DNA of 64,000 bases from an uncultured Candidatus Saccharibacteria bacterium (lineage in GTDB: Bacteria > Patescibacteriota > Minisyncoccia > Phycocordibacterales > SBAW01): positions 15,867 to 79,866 of the forward strand of contig CAYHDT010000003.1 in assembly GCA_964355655.1 (NCBI GenBank), written 5' to 3'. Of this stretch, positions 8,273 through 17,750 are shown piece by piece. Made by a program: the position numbers and the translations under genes. The notes under the pieces are model-generated. The model was not told the origin of the DNA and ran no database searches. It saw nothing but the letters and a program-made list of their open reading frames with translations. Positions within the stretch are counted from its first letter, which is position 1. Each line of letters opens with the position of its first letter.

Positions 8273-10096
8273 TTAGGAGGCAATGGCATCCGCCCCCTTC
8301 TTGACCCGGTAGAGGCCGTAGTCAAAAAGATGATGGCGGGCTTGAGTGCCGAGCATGTTTATCGACTCCGCGGTGGAGTACGCCGGCGAGAACGTTTCCG
8401 CGTCCGCTACCTTTTTTGCCAACTCCCCTCCTGCGGGGAAAAAGGTAAAATAGTGCGGATTCTGCTTGATCACCTCCGGTAGGTGCTCCGGCGAAGCCAA
8501 TTGCATTTCGCTCGCAAGCGCATGCACCCGGCTTTGGAGCTTATCTTCCGGAACATGTTCGCGCAGATGAGCGGTGGTTTCTTCGCCGATCCGCTCCCAG
8601 TGCCACTCGTTGCCGTTGAGGTCGACGAGACGGCGCCCCAGCTTCTGCCCCTCCGGAACAAGGGAGAGCCAGTTAAAGAAACGCTGGAGCCGAACGCTGG
8701 ACTCGCAGTACGTATCATTCTCCTCTTTCGACAGGTAGGAGATTGAGCCGACCTTTTCGGCAGGACCGGAGTCTTTGCCGCCGGGGACAGGATGGTAGAA
8801 CACGTCAGCGGTACGTTCGTCAGTCTTGACCGCCTTCATGCGCAGCAAGGGTTCTCGACTGCGATGCGGAGGAAGGGCCTTTACAATACGTTCGATATCG
8901 CTCGGCCCGCCCTCGACGTGCTGCAGGACACTTCGCTCAAGGAAGGATTCCCTGATGTCATCATTGGTGCCGGTCCACATGCCGAAATTCCGGGCGATAA
9001 GGCCCAGAGGGACACCGGGATACGGCGACAAGATAGATTGCCACCCCATCGTCGGCTTGATGCGGACATTGAGTCCGACCGTCCCGAGATCAGTCGTGAT
9101 ATCGCTGAAGGGTACTGCGCCTATCTGCTCGGTGCGCAGTGTCATCCCGCGATTCATGATCTTGCGACATCCATCGACAATGAGCGCGTCCGGCATTGAC
9201 CGGAAGAGCACGTGGTCGCGGAGGAACTCGCTGTCCGACTCGATAGCGAGCGTCAGGCCGGTACAGCCGGCCTCTACCAGTAGATCGAGCCGACGGTCGC
9301 CGGAGGCATGCCTTGTCATTTCCAGCCGAAGCTGAGCATGAAACGGCATGCCAACTTCCCTCTTCCACCGACGTGCGAACTCCGGCAGCCACACCTTCTC
9401 ATCGAAGCCAAATACATCGTCTTGGAAGTAAAACAGCTTCGTCTCGGGCCAGCCTTTCATCACGATAAGCGCCTCGGCGATGACATCATCGATTGAGCGC
9501 ATATTCGACTCAAACCCGCCATGCATCTTGTTTGATTCGGGTGCATGGCAGTAAGTGCATTTGTACGGGCAGCCTTCTCCCGCCAACATGCTTTTAATCA
9601 GGCTCTTGCCGAATTCTGGATACGCATTGTAGAGAATCTCGCGCTTCGGAATCGGAAAGAGCTCTCCCCGCGCCTTAGCGTCGAAATGAACGCCCATTTT
9701 GAGCGAGCCCTCGAGGATTTTGTGCAGAAGCGTAAAGCCGCTGCCGCGCACGACCCAGTCGGCACGAGGAGCGCAATCGAGGTGGGAGTACGTAGCGTAC
9801 GGACCGCCCATAACGACCGGTGCACCTCTGGCGCGTACCCAGTCGGCCGCCTTAAACATAGGCAGATGATAACCCGCCCATATATGGACACCTACCATGT
9901 CGGGCTTCTGCTCCTCGAACTTTCTTTCGAACGGTCCGAAGTCATTGCCCTTAATGAGCACCAAGTCGCAATCCCAGCCAACTTGGCCGGGGACCTCGAC
10001 AAGGTGATTAATACCAAGCGGCTCGATACTGGGGTACCGTGCCACCATCAGAAACCGCTTGCGAGGCGAGCGGACTGCAGGCGCAGTAACATGCAT
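8273..10096 (-). CDS. Radical SAM protein with B12-binding-like N-terminal domain
   Basis: CPYKCTYC (CxxxCxxC), EPLGI, VMGGPYAT, FQDDVF, LAIES; AGGAGG RBS. Confidence 0.88.
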   Translation of the reverse strand: MHVTAPAVRSPRKRFLMVARYPSIEPLGINHLVEVPGQVGWDCDLVLIKGNDFGPFERKFEEQKPDMVGVHIWAGYHLPMFKAADWVRARGAPVVMGGPYATYSHLDCAPRADWVVRGSGFTLLHKILEGSLKMGVHFDAKARGELFPIPKREILYNAYPEFGKSLIKSMLAGEGCPYKCTYCHAPESNKMHGGFESNMRSIDDVIAEALIVMKGWPETKLFYFQDDVFGFDEKVWLPEFARRWKREVGMPFHAQLRLEMTRHASGDRRLDLLVEAGCTGLTLAIESDSEFLRDHVLFRSMPDALIVDGCRKIMNRGMTLRTEQIGAVPFSDITTDLGTVGLNVRIKPTMGWQSILSPYPGVPLGLIARNFGMWTGTNDDIRESFLERSVLQHVEGGPSDIERIVKALPPHRSREPLLRMKAVKTDERTADVFYHPVPGGKDSGPAEKVGSISYLSKEENDTYCESSVRLQRFFNWLSLVPEGQKLGRRLVDLNGNEWHWERIGEETTAHLREHVPEDKLQSRVHALASEMQLASPEHLPEVIKQNPHYFTFFPAGGELAKKVADAETFSPAYSTAESINMLGTQARHHLFDYGLYRVKKGADAIAS

Positions 10097-10195
10097 CAGG
10101 AGCCTCCTGTAAGATTGAAGTGCTGTAAGACCTTCTACAGAGAGTGTAGCAGACTTTATATAGCTAAAAAATTGACAAAAATAAATAACTTTTGT

Positions 10196-11953
10196 CTACT
10201 GTTTTGCAAAATAAGAGCCGGCGGTCTGCCGCAACTCCTCCGGACTTCCCCGCTCTATCAGGCGGCCTTTGTCGAACACCAGAAGCGTGTCGGCGTTTTC
10301 AATGGTGCTAAGGCGGTGCGCAATAATAAAGACGGTAATTTTACCTTGCAAACTTTTAATGGACTGTTGTATCAGCTGTTCGGACTCCACATCAAGCGCG
10401 CTCGTCGCTTCGTCCAATACCAGCATTTCCGGGTTGCCGGCGAGAGCGCGCGCCAGCGCCACGCGCTGGCGCTGGCCGCCGGAGAGCATGACACCGCGGT
10501 CTCCCACAACGGTCCTATATCCTTGCGGCAAAGAAACTACATGGTCGTGGATGTTGGCGCGCACCGCCGCTTCAACAACCTCGTCGTGCGACAAGTCGCG
10601 GTACATACGGATATTATCCTCGATACTGCCGTTGAACAAAAAGATGTCCTGTCCCACATAACCGATACGCTGTCTCCAATCAGTAAGCGAAAAATCTCCG
10701 GCAGGCCGTCCGTCGAGGACGAGCCTCCCCTCGGTCGGCTCGAAGAGCCTCATGACCAAGTCGGCAACCGATGTTTTACCCGCCCCCGACGGTCCTATAA
10801 GGCCGACGGTCGACCCGCGCTTGACCGCAAAGGATATGCCGCAGAGCGCGAGGCGCCCTTCCTCATACTGCAGAGAAACATTTTCAAACTGCATCGACTC
10901 TTTAAAGTTAAAAGCTTCTTTGCCGGCGGAAACCGGCTCCCTATTCGCATCGAGCTTGTTTTTAAAATTACTGATATGCCGCGCGTACGGCACCATTTCG
11001 CCGATGGAATGCAGAGCATTTTGTCCGGACTCCAAATACGTGAATATCTTTTGGATAAGGTACAGCGTCGCGGCAAACGAAATAATGCTGAAGCCGGGCG
11101 CTTTATAGGTAAGGGTAAAAAGCAGCACCACAAGGATAAGACTAAAGGGCTGGAAGAGGCCTCCGCTCAGCGCGCGCACCAGCGACAGCTTGATGGAGAG
11201 CGCGCGCAATAGGCGGATATGCGCGCCGCCATCCGCCATGGCCGCTTGTTCCGCTCCCGCGGCCTTTACGGACTTCATGCCGATGATATGCTCGCTTAAA
11301 AACTGAGCAAATTGTTTTTCCACGCCGGCGGCCTGCTCGCCTATCTGCCTCGTGCGGCGCAAAAGCGGCCGCACCGCAAACACCAGCAATACTCCGCCGC
11401 CAAGCGTATAGAGCGTCATGGCGGGCGATATGTTCAGCGCTACCAGCAAGTACATACAGAAGCCGCTGAAGGACTGAATGACCTGCCCGACGACGCCAAG
11501 AAGCGAAGAGGTGCACTGGATGTCCCGCACCAGCGTGTTATGCATCGTGCCTATTTTTTGCTTAAGCAAAAAAGGCCATGATGCTTGCATAGTGCGGCGA
11601 AGCACGTCTTCGCTTTCTTTGCCCAAGAAGTCGGCGCCTATCCAGCCGCGGATATAACCGAAAAACACTACTGATGCCGCCCGCAGTATAAAGAGGCCGA
11701 GTATGAATCCGAGCAGATACCGGAAGCTGAAGGGTATATGCAGGAAGGCGAAGAGTCCTTGTATGGCGCGCGTGATAAAGTCCGTCGCCTCGCCTCCCCC
11801 GCCGGTAAAAAATGATATCAGCGGAATAACCGCGTTAATCCCGATGCCCTCCAGGAGCGCACTTAAAAAACCGAAGAGCACCAGCGCGGCGACATGCCAG
11901 CGGTATCTGCGGAACGTTCGCCATAGCACCGCAAAGGTGTTGGATTCATTCAT
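10196..11953 (-). CDS. ABC exporter, fused permease/ATPase (MsbA/PglK-like, possible glycan flippase)
   Basis: N-terminal TMs, GPSGAGKT, LSGGQRQR, LVLDEATS. Confidence 0.92.
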   Translation of the reverse strand: MNESNTFAVLWRTFRRYRWHVAALVLFGFLSALLEGIGINAVIPLISFFTGGGGEATDFITRAIQGLFAFLHIPFSFRYLLGFILGLFILRAASVVFFGYIRGWIGADFLGKESEDVLRRTMQASWPFLLKQKIGTMHNTLVRDIQCTSSLLGVVGQVIQSFSGFCMYLLVALNISPAMTLYTLGGGVLLVFAVRPLLRRTRQIGEQAAGVEKQFAQFLSEHIIGMKSVKAAGAEQAAMADGGAHIRLLRALSIKLSLVRALSGGLFQPFSLILVVLLFTLTYKAPGFSIISFAATLYLIQKIFTYLESGQNALHSIGEMVPYARHISNFKNKLDANREPVSAGKEAFNFKESMQFENVSLQYEEGRLALCGISFAVKRGSTVGLIGPSGAGKTSVADLVMRLFEPTEGRLVLDGRPAGDFSLTDWRQRIGYVGQDIFLFNGSIEDNIRMYRDLSHDEVVEAAVRANIHDHVVSLPQGYRTVVGDRGVMLSGGQRQRVALARALAGNPEMLVLDEATSALDVESEQLIQQSIKSLQGKITVFIIAHRLSTIENADTLLVFDKGRLIERGSPEELRQTAGSYFAKQ

Positions 11954-12014
11954 ATACGCGTGTTGAACACGTTATATCATACAACCGAACTTGCCGCAGA
12001 AAAGACACGCGGGG

Positions 12015-12899
12015 CTAAGAGGCTTTTTTAAGAATCAGACTGAGCATGTTGCCGTAGAACGCCGGCGACGAGCCGACTTCGCTTTTTTTATCCTGCGCAA
12101 TGAGCGCCGCGTCTTTGATTATTTTGCGGTAATCTTCAACTTCATTCGCGTACGGGGTTTCCAGATAAAAATACGCGGAGTCGAGCAGTGCAAGCCCCAG
12201 CTCTTTGCCCAGTCCGACGATGGTCCTCTTCGAAAAGTGGATTTGATGGTCGGCGGTAAAAAGCTTCCACTTCTCCCGGTACAGCTCCGCGCACAAACTC
12301 TCCGCGTTGGGAGTTGAGGTAATGTACAGCAGCCCGCCCGGTTTAAGCCACGGCACCATATGGTTGAGCATGGTCTTCGGGTCGGCCATGTGCTCGATGA
12401 CGCCGCGCATGACGATGACATCAAAAGAATGTTCCGGATAAGTTGCTTCATTCGCCTCGCCGTCCTTTACCTCCAGCTTAAGAACAGAGCGAGCGTGCTC
12501 TGCGGCCCTGTGGTCAAACTCAATACCATGCTTTTCCCACGCCGGCCCGAATTTACCGAGCAAGAAACCGCCTCCGCAGCCGACATCCAAAATTTTCCCT
12601 CCCTTTGCGTGCTTCTCCAAAAAATCTATTTCAACCTCGTACATCTTGTCCCGGGCTGCCGCGTCCGCCGGGTCGTTTTGCAATTCAAAGTAGCCGCTTG
12701 CGTAAAAAAGGTCGCGGCCCGCGCGCGTCATCTGCGGGTCATGATATACCAAGCCGCACTCGCCGCACTCATACGCCACAATAGGGGCGCTTTTTGCCCA
12801 CTCGGTCCTTTTGGTCGAGCCGCACAGGTTGCACGAAACGGCGGGTATAAAATGCTCTCTAAATTGATTCAAACTTGCGACACTGTTAGCTGATTCCAT
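12015..12899 (-). CDS. Class I SAM-dependent methyltransferase
   Basis: CNLC/CGEC zinc knuckle, LDVGCGGG, VIEH, LKPGG. Confidence 0.9.
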   Translation of the reverse strand: MESANSVASLNQFREHFIPAVSCNLCGSTKRTEWAKSAPIVAYECGECGLVYHDPQMTRAGRDLFYASGYFELQNDPADAAARDKMYEVEIDFLEKHAKGGKILDVGCGGGFLLGKFGPAWEKHGIEFDHRAAEHARSVLKLEVKDGEANEATYPEHSFDVIVMRGVIEHMADPKTMLNHMVPWLKPGGLLYITSTPNAESLCAELYREKWKLFTADHQIHFSKRTIVGLGKELGLALLDSAYFYLETPYANEVEDYRKIIKDAALIAQDKKSEVGSSPAFYGNMLSLILKKAS

Positions 12900-12921
12900 A
12901 CAAGAAGAGTATACCAGTGTG

Positions 12922-14238
12922 TTAATTAAGCCGCTCAAAGCCCGAGTGCGCGACCGGTCCGCGCAAACGCTTAAGGACCGCACCCTCATTGATCGCTTTT
13001 TTCATAATCGCGAATACCGCATCGAGAGCTTTAAAGTAAACATTGAGATGTTTGTTGGTGTGGGCATACGACGGATAAAAACGGCTTGACGCGAGGATGC
13101 CGCGGCTGAGCATCTCCTGGGTAAAGAGCGTGCGCACGGCGTTGCTGTCTTTCCCATATTGGAATGCAAAGGAGCCCATGGTCGGCGTCCCCTCGATTTT
13201 TACGTTTATGCCATGTTTATCCGCAAGCCTTTGCAACCCTTTGTTCGCTTTTTCTCCAACAGCAATCAGGTACTTGGGCACGTTGTGTTTCTGCATCTTT
13301 TTAATCGTCGCGAGTGCGGAGACGGGGCCGATGCTTTCCGTCCAGTACGTACTGGAAATAAAAGTATCCTGCGCCGCTTGCATCACCTCTTTCTTTCCGA
13401 TGATAGCCGCCATCGGATAGCCGTTGCTCATGCCTTTGCTGAATACCGCCATGTCAGGAGTCACTTTGTACAATAGGTGCGAGCCACCGACCGTAAGCTT
13501 AAAACCTATTGAAATTTCGTCAAAAATCAGCACCGCGCCGGATTTTGTCGCGATGTCGCGCACTTTTTTTAGAAACCCGTTTCTCGGCTCTTCGCCGTGT
13601 ATAGGCTCCATGATAATAGCGGCGAGTTTGCCTTTGTTGCGCTTTACAATCTGTTCCAGCTCATCAATGCGGTTATAGCGGAACGGCAGGATAGTGCCCC
13701 GCAAACCCTGCGGCACGCCTTTGGGTTCGAGGCCCGCGAGCAAATGGTCGTTGAGCCCTTTGGGGTCTTTAAGGTTTGTCGCAAGATACCAGTCCGACCA
13801 GCCATGGTAGCCGCAAAAAGCGATTACATCTTTCCCCGTATAGGCGCGGGCAATGCGCGAAGCGACAGCCATCGACTCGCCCCCGGTGCGCGCGTATCGC
13901 ACGTTCTTGGCCCACGGATGCAGCTTGCATAAAAGCTCTGCCAGCTCCACTTCTTCCGGCGAGTTCCAGGTGGTCATAGAGCCGCGGTCGACCGCGCGCT
14001 TAACCGCTTTGTTTACGTCCGCGTCGGCATAGCCGAGCGGACACGCGCCTATCCCCATAATAGACATATCAAGATACTTTTTGCCGTCGAGGTCCCACAC
14101 ATAAGGGCCTTTGGCTTTAGAAAAGTACGCGGGCCACCGGTCGGGCAAGAACATTTCTGCGCGTTTTGAAAGGAGTTGGTTTCCTCCCGGAATAAGCTTC
14201 TTTGCCCGCCTCCATAACTTTTGACCCGTGTTTTTCAT
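12922..14238 (-). CDS. Class III PLP aminotransferase (GSA-aminomutase-like, glycan-locus type)
   Basis: IPGGNQLLSKR, GYHGW, FDEI, FSKGMSNG. Confidence 0.9.
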   Translation of the reverse strand: MKNTGQKLWRRAKKLIPGGNQLLSKRAEMFLPDRWPAYFSKAKGPYVWDLDGKKYLDMSIMGIGACPLGYADADVNKAVKRAVDRGSMTTWNSPEEVELAELLCKLHPWAKNVRYARTGGESMAVASRIARAYTGKDVIAFCGYHGWSDWYLATNLKDPKGLNDHLLAGLEPKGVPQGLRGTILPFRYNRIDELEQIVKRNKGKLAAIIMEPIHGEEPRNGFLKKVRDIATKSGAVLIFDEISIGFKLTVGGSHLLYKVTPDMAVFSKGMSNGYPMAAIIGKKEVMQAAQDTFISSTYWTESIGPVSALATIKKMQKHNVPKYLIAVGEKANKGLQRLADKHGINVKIEGTPTMGSFAFQYGKDSNAVRTLFTQEMLSRGILASSRFYPSYAHTNKHLNVYFKALDAVFAIMKKAINEGAVLKRLRGPVAHSGFERLN

Positions 14239-14287
14239 AAGATATACAACACTATAACAGCTTTAAAGTTCCTGTCGTGTAGCATAT

Positions 14288-14316
14288 TTGACAAAATAAC
14301 ATCTATTTGTTATAAT
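14288..14316 (+). promoter_or_regulatory. Consensus sigma70 promoter
   Basis: TTGACA-17 nt-TATAAT with TG extension. Confidence 0.85.
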
Positions 14317-14353
14317 ATGCCCAAAGCTCTTCATCATACAACCGTAGGGGGTT

Positions 14354-15442
14354 TTGTTGGGAAAACGGTCAATCGCGCTTTTCGCATCGGATTTTCTGGA
14401 CTCTAAGCTGGCGCTCGGCTTGGCCCAGACGCTCGAAGGCGACTTCTCGTGCAGAGTTTTCGCGGGAGAAGGCAGAATTCCTGCGCCTTTCAGTGAAAGC
14501 GATGTGCAATCTGCCGTCAAGACAAGCGATCTCGTCGTGCTCAGTTCTTCGGAATACTGCGTCCCGGAAGTCTGGGCGGCCAAGCGGGCAGTCGAGCTGG
14601 ATAGACCCATCGCGTTGATGGCTCTCTTCTACAATCAATTGCAGAAGAAGGAGTACGAACCTTTCCGCCTATACATATGCCTCGTCTTCGTCCTCGACGA
14701 TGCAGAGGCTCTGGCGGCAAAAGAGCTCTATCCAAACGCGAGCATCGTCGTGGCCGGCAATCCGGAGTGGGAGACCTTTTCCTTCCCCTCGCGGACAAGG
14801 GCAGAAGTGCGCTCCATTCTCAACATCGCTCCGAATGAGAAGTTCATTCTTATCTCGGGCGAAAAAGAGGCGGGCGTCAACTTTCCGCTGGCGGTAAATG
14901 TAATCGAGGCGGTTGCCAACCTCCCCGACCTGGAGTCGTTCAAGATTATCTTTACGATACATCCGGGACACGTGCCGCTGCCGGGCGGGGCGAGTCTCCT
15001 CGAGTTCTACCAAGAGCTCCAAGGATACAACCCCAAGGTTTCGATAGTACCGTCCTGCAAGGCGACGCCCTTCGGCATCGGCACGCCGGACATGGTCCCC
15101 GGTGCAGACTTGGTAATCGGTACCAACTCGACGGTGCAGATTCAGGCGGCATTTCTCGGCATCCCCGCGATAGCCGTCCTTTTGCGCCGGGCGTTCCGCG
15201 GCATCGAGTTGCCGCAGGAGCCCCGAGGATGGTGGCCTCCGTGCGACCGCGGCGCGATAGCTCCGGTCTACGGCGTTTCATCTGACGAAACGGCCAGGCT
15301 TATCGCGACACTGCTGACCGCAGAGGGGTCCGCCCCCATGCGAGCAGCGCAGAAGCGTTTCTTCCCGCCCTTCAAAAAGGTCGGGCAAGCGTTTGAGAGA
15401 ATGGGGGAAGCGATTCGCAACCTCGAACCGCTCAACGCCTAA
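14354..15442 (+). CDS. Hypothetical protein, possible GT-B fold
   Basis: 362 codons; AGNPEW, IHPG, ADLVIGTNSTVQIQAAFLGIP; own promoter and terminator; TTG start. Confidence 0.7.
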   Translation: MLGKRSIALFASDFLDSKLALGLAQTLEGDFSCRVFAGEGRIPAPFSESDVQSAVKTSDLVVLSSSEYCVPEVWAAKRAVELDRPIALMALFYNQLQKKEYEPFRLYICLVFVLDDAEALAAKELYPNASIVVAGNPEWETFSFPSRTRAEVRSILNIAPNEKFILISGEKEAGVNFPLAVNVIEAVANLPDLESFKIIFTIHPGHVPLPGGASLLEFYQELQGYNPKVSIVPSCKATPFGIGTPDMVPGADLVIGTNSTVQIQAAFLGIPAIAVLLRRAFRGIELPQEPRGWWPPCDRGAIAPVYGVSSDETARLIATLLTAEGSAPMRAAQKRFFPPFKKVGQAFERMGEAIRNLEPLNA

Positions 15443-15448
15443 AATTTC

Positions 15449-15479
15449 GGCCGGAGTCCTCGCGGACTCCGGCCTTTTT
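15449..15479 (+). terminator. Intrinsic terminator
   Basis: GGCCGGAGTCC-TCGC-GGACTCCGGCC-TTTTT. Confidence 0.9.
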
Positions 15480-15902
15480 CTATGTCTTGTTTGGTATTTT
15501 TATATTTCTTGTCTGATATCTTATTTGAAATGCTTTAGATAAGGCGGGGGCAAGAGAAAAATCTTCTGATTTCTTCGGTTCATGCGCAAAAACATTAAAC
15601 CCCTTTTCATTGTAGCGCGGGACAAGATGCCAGTGCACCTGCCTCACTTCATCCATATACAGCAGATACACCTTCTCAACCTCTAATGTTTGCAATAGCG
15701 CGTCGCGGGCAATATCCATGACCTCCATCAAATAATCGTATTCACTATCCGAGAGATTATGTAAATCTGAGACTGGTTTTTTCCATACTATCACCGTGTG
15801 TCCCTTAGACATCGGGTAAAGGGCTAGGCAAACATAAAGCCACTCGTCCTCATATATGAGGGAATCTTGCGGAGGCTGTGGAAGATTGCTGCCGTGAGAC
15901 AT
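15480..15902 (-). CDS. HIT-family protein
   Basis: GHTVIV and QVHWHLVPR (first His of the triad replaced by Q). Confidence 0.8.
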   Translation of the reverse strand: MSHGSNLPQPPQDSLIYEDEWLYVCLALYPMSKGHTVIVWKKPVSDLHNLSDSEYDYLMEVMDIARDALLQTLEVEKVYLLYMDEVRQVHWHLVPRYNEKGFNVFAHEPKKSEDFSLAPALSKAFQIRYQTRNIKIPNKT

Positions 15903-15950
15903 GTATCCTATCCTACCATTTGTAACCGCCAAAAGAAAAATATTTCTATG

Positions 15951-16706
15951 TTACGCGGCCGTCCAGGAGGCGTTGCGCGCGACGTCGGCGTTTATTTTTT
16001 TTATGTCAGGATACGCGTCAAGGAAATCCAGAATCTCATTCATGGTAAAAAGATTATTTTTTATATAGAGCGCCGCGTACACCGCCATAAGCAGCTGGTA
16101 ATCTTCCGGATAATCTATGGTAAGCCGGTATCCCGCTCTATTTTTTTGCGGATTGCTATACTGCCCTATTTTAAAGATGTCCGGGTTTTTCCACATATAA
16201 AAAGTGACGTGCTCGCGGTGCGCGGGTATTGTCGCCTCCTTCCACGCTTTCTCTAAGGCATCAAACGCAAACACTTCCGTATCCATGCCGTCCGCATACG
16301 TGTACGGCTCGAGATTGTTAGACGCGTAGTCAAAATCGCCTGATTTAAAATACCGGACGGTCTCGTCAATAATACGGGGGTCAATAATCGGGCAGTCGGA
16401 CGTCATACGGACAATGATGTCCCCCGCTTTGGCGCCGTGAGCTTTTGCCGCTTGGTAGTAGCGGTCAAGCACATCGTCCTCGCTGCCGACAAAGTACGGC
16501 TGGCCGGTCTTCTTTAAATAATCAACAAGTACGTGGTCCTTAGGATTCGTGGTCGTAGCGATAACGGTTTTATCAATCTCTTTGCTCGCGGCAACACGCT
16601 CGAGCATGCAGGCAAGTATCGTCTTCCCCGGCGCTATATCAAGAAGTATCTTCCCCGGCAACCGGGTCGAACTCATGCGTGCTTGGATTATCGCGATGGT
16701 AGCCAT
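15951..16706 (-). CDS. SpsF-like cytidylyltransferase
   Basis: QARMSSTRLPGK, GSEDDVLDRY, TSDCP, REHVT, LTIDYPED. Confidence 0.9.
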   Translation of the reverse strand: MATIAIIQARMSSTRLPGKILLDIAPGKTILACMLERVAASKEIDKTVIATTTNPKDHVLVDYLKKTGQPYFVGSEDDVLDRYYQAAKAHGAKAGDIIVRMTSDCPIIDPRIIDETVRYFKSGDFDYASNNLEPYTYADGMDTEVFAFDALEKAWKEATIPAHREHVTFYMWKNPDIFKIGQYSNPQKNRAGYRLTIDYPEDYQLLMAVYAALYIKNNLFTMNEILDFLDAYPDIKKINADVARNASWTAA

Positions 16707-16718
16707 ACAAAAGCCGGG

Positions 16719-17750
16719 TTATCTGCTTTTTATAAATTTTTTAACCCTGTCGATTTGTTTTTGTATCTTCGGCGTAGCTCTTTCCAGCACGCCGCCGCCG
16801 GCAGAAATGCCGATAACAGCGGACGGGCGCGCGATGTCATCGACTATGACCTCGCCTTTTCTCCCCAGAAGGCCCGCGGAAATAAGGGTAACCCCTATTT
16901 CCGGGACATATCTGCGCCCGAGATGCTTGCTCATATAGGCATGCGTCCGGATAAGACCTTGAAAGATATATTTCTGCATAATAGAAACGTCGACGCGGTA
17001 AATAAGGCGTGACGGGTCAGAAACCACATCCTCGGCAAAACATCCTTTGCCGGCATCAATAAGCATGGCGGATGGCGCGGCATTTCTTAACATGTCTTTG
17101 GTAATGACTCCCTTTTCATTAGTAACGCCGATAACGATCTGCGCGCCCCGACACGCTGCGGCTATGCTTTGTGCGGGAGTGACTTTCGAAATAGTGTCTT
17201 TGGATCTAATGCGGTTAAGCCCGTCGCTTATCACGCGCAGCGCGGTTTTGTCCCGGCGATAGACCGCAACATGCATGCCGCGCTCAACGAGCTTAAGCGC
17301 CACCTTCGAGCCGAAGTTGCCCATGCCTATGACAGCCACCCGGGTACCGCTGACTTCACCCGCCAGATTGCATACCAGCGCGTCTACCGCTTCGACCGTA
17401 AGGTCATTGCCTTTATAAGCGAGGAGAGTCGATTTTTTAATAACGCCGCGGACGGCTTTCTCGATATTTCCGGCGTCATTTGTACCGTAATATATCTTGC
17501 GTATTTTTTTTTCGTCGTCGACGAAAATATAGTCTGTTTTGCCGTCAACCAGCCGGGCCACGGCGCGGGACGTTGCCACATCGCGGACAATGACGCCGCC
17601 GTATATGAGTTCTGATGTTTCTCGCACCGGCGTCTCATAGTACCGGCCCCGGGCAAAAAGGTCGGAGGTGTTCCCTATCACAAATGCCGTGGCGCGGCCG
17701 CGTGCGGCTTTTTTTATCTTTTGGAGAGTCTCCTCGATATTCTTTTTCAT
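16719..17750 (-). CDS. NAD(P)-binding Rossmann-domain protein
   Basis: VAVIGMGNFG, LIDAGKG; stop/start overlap with upstream gene. Confidence 0.75.
   Translation of the reverse strand: MKKNIEETLQKIKKAARGRATAFVIGNTSDLFARGRYYETPVRETSELIYGGVIVRDVATSRAVARLVDGKTDYIFVDDEKKIRKIYYGTNDAGNIEKAVRGVIKKSTLLAYKGNDLTVEAVDALVCNLAGEVSGTRVAVIGMGNFGSKVALKLVERGMHVAVYRRDKTALRVISDGLNRIRSKDTISKVTPAQSIAAACRGAQIVIGVTNEKGVITKDMLRNAAPSAMLIDAGKGCFAEDVVSDPSRLIYRVDVSIMQKYIFQGLIRTHAYMSKHLGRRYVPEIGVTLISAGLLGRKGEVIVDDIARPSAVIGISAGGGVLERATPKIQKQIDRVKKFIKSR

Noticed and set aside
9545-11212. 555-aa plus-strand ORF
   Set aside because: Antisense shadow of the ABC exporter and radical SAM genes; no motifs.
12922-14238. hemL call
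   Set aside because: Context is glycan synthesis with SpsF/NeuB and no tetrapyrrole genes are present; family-level call only.
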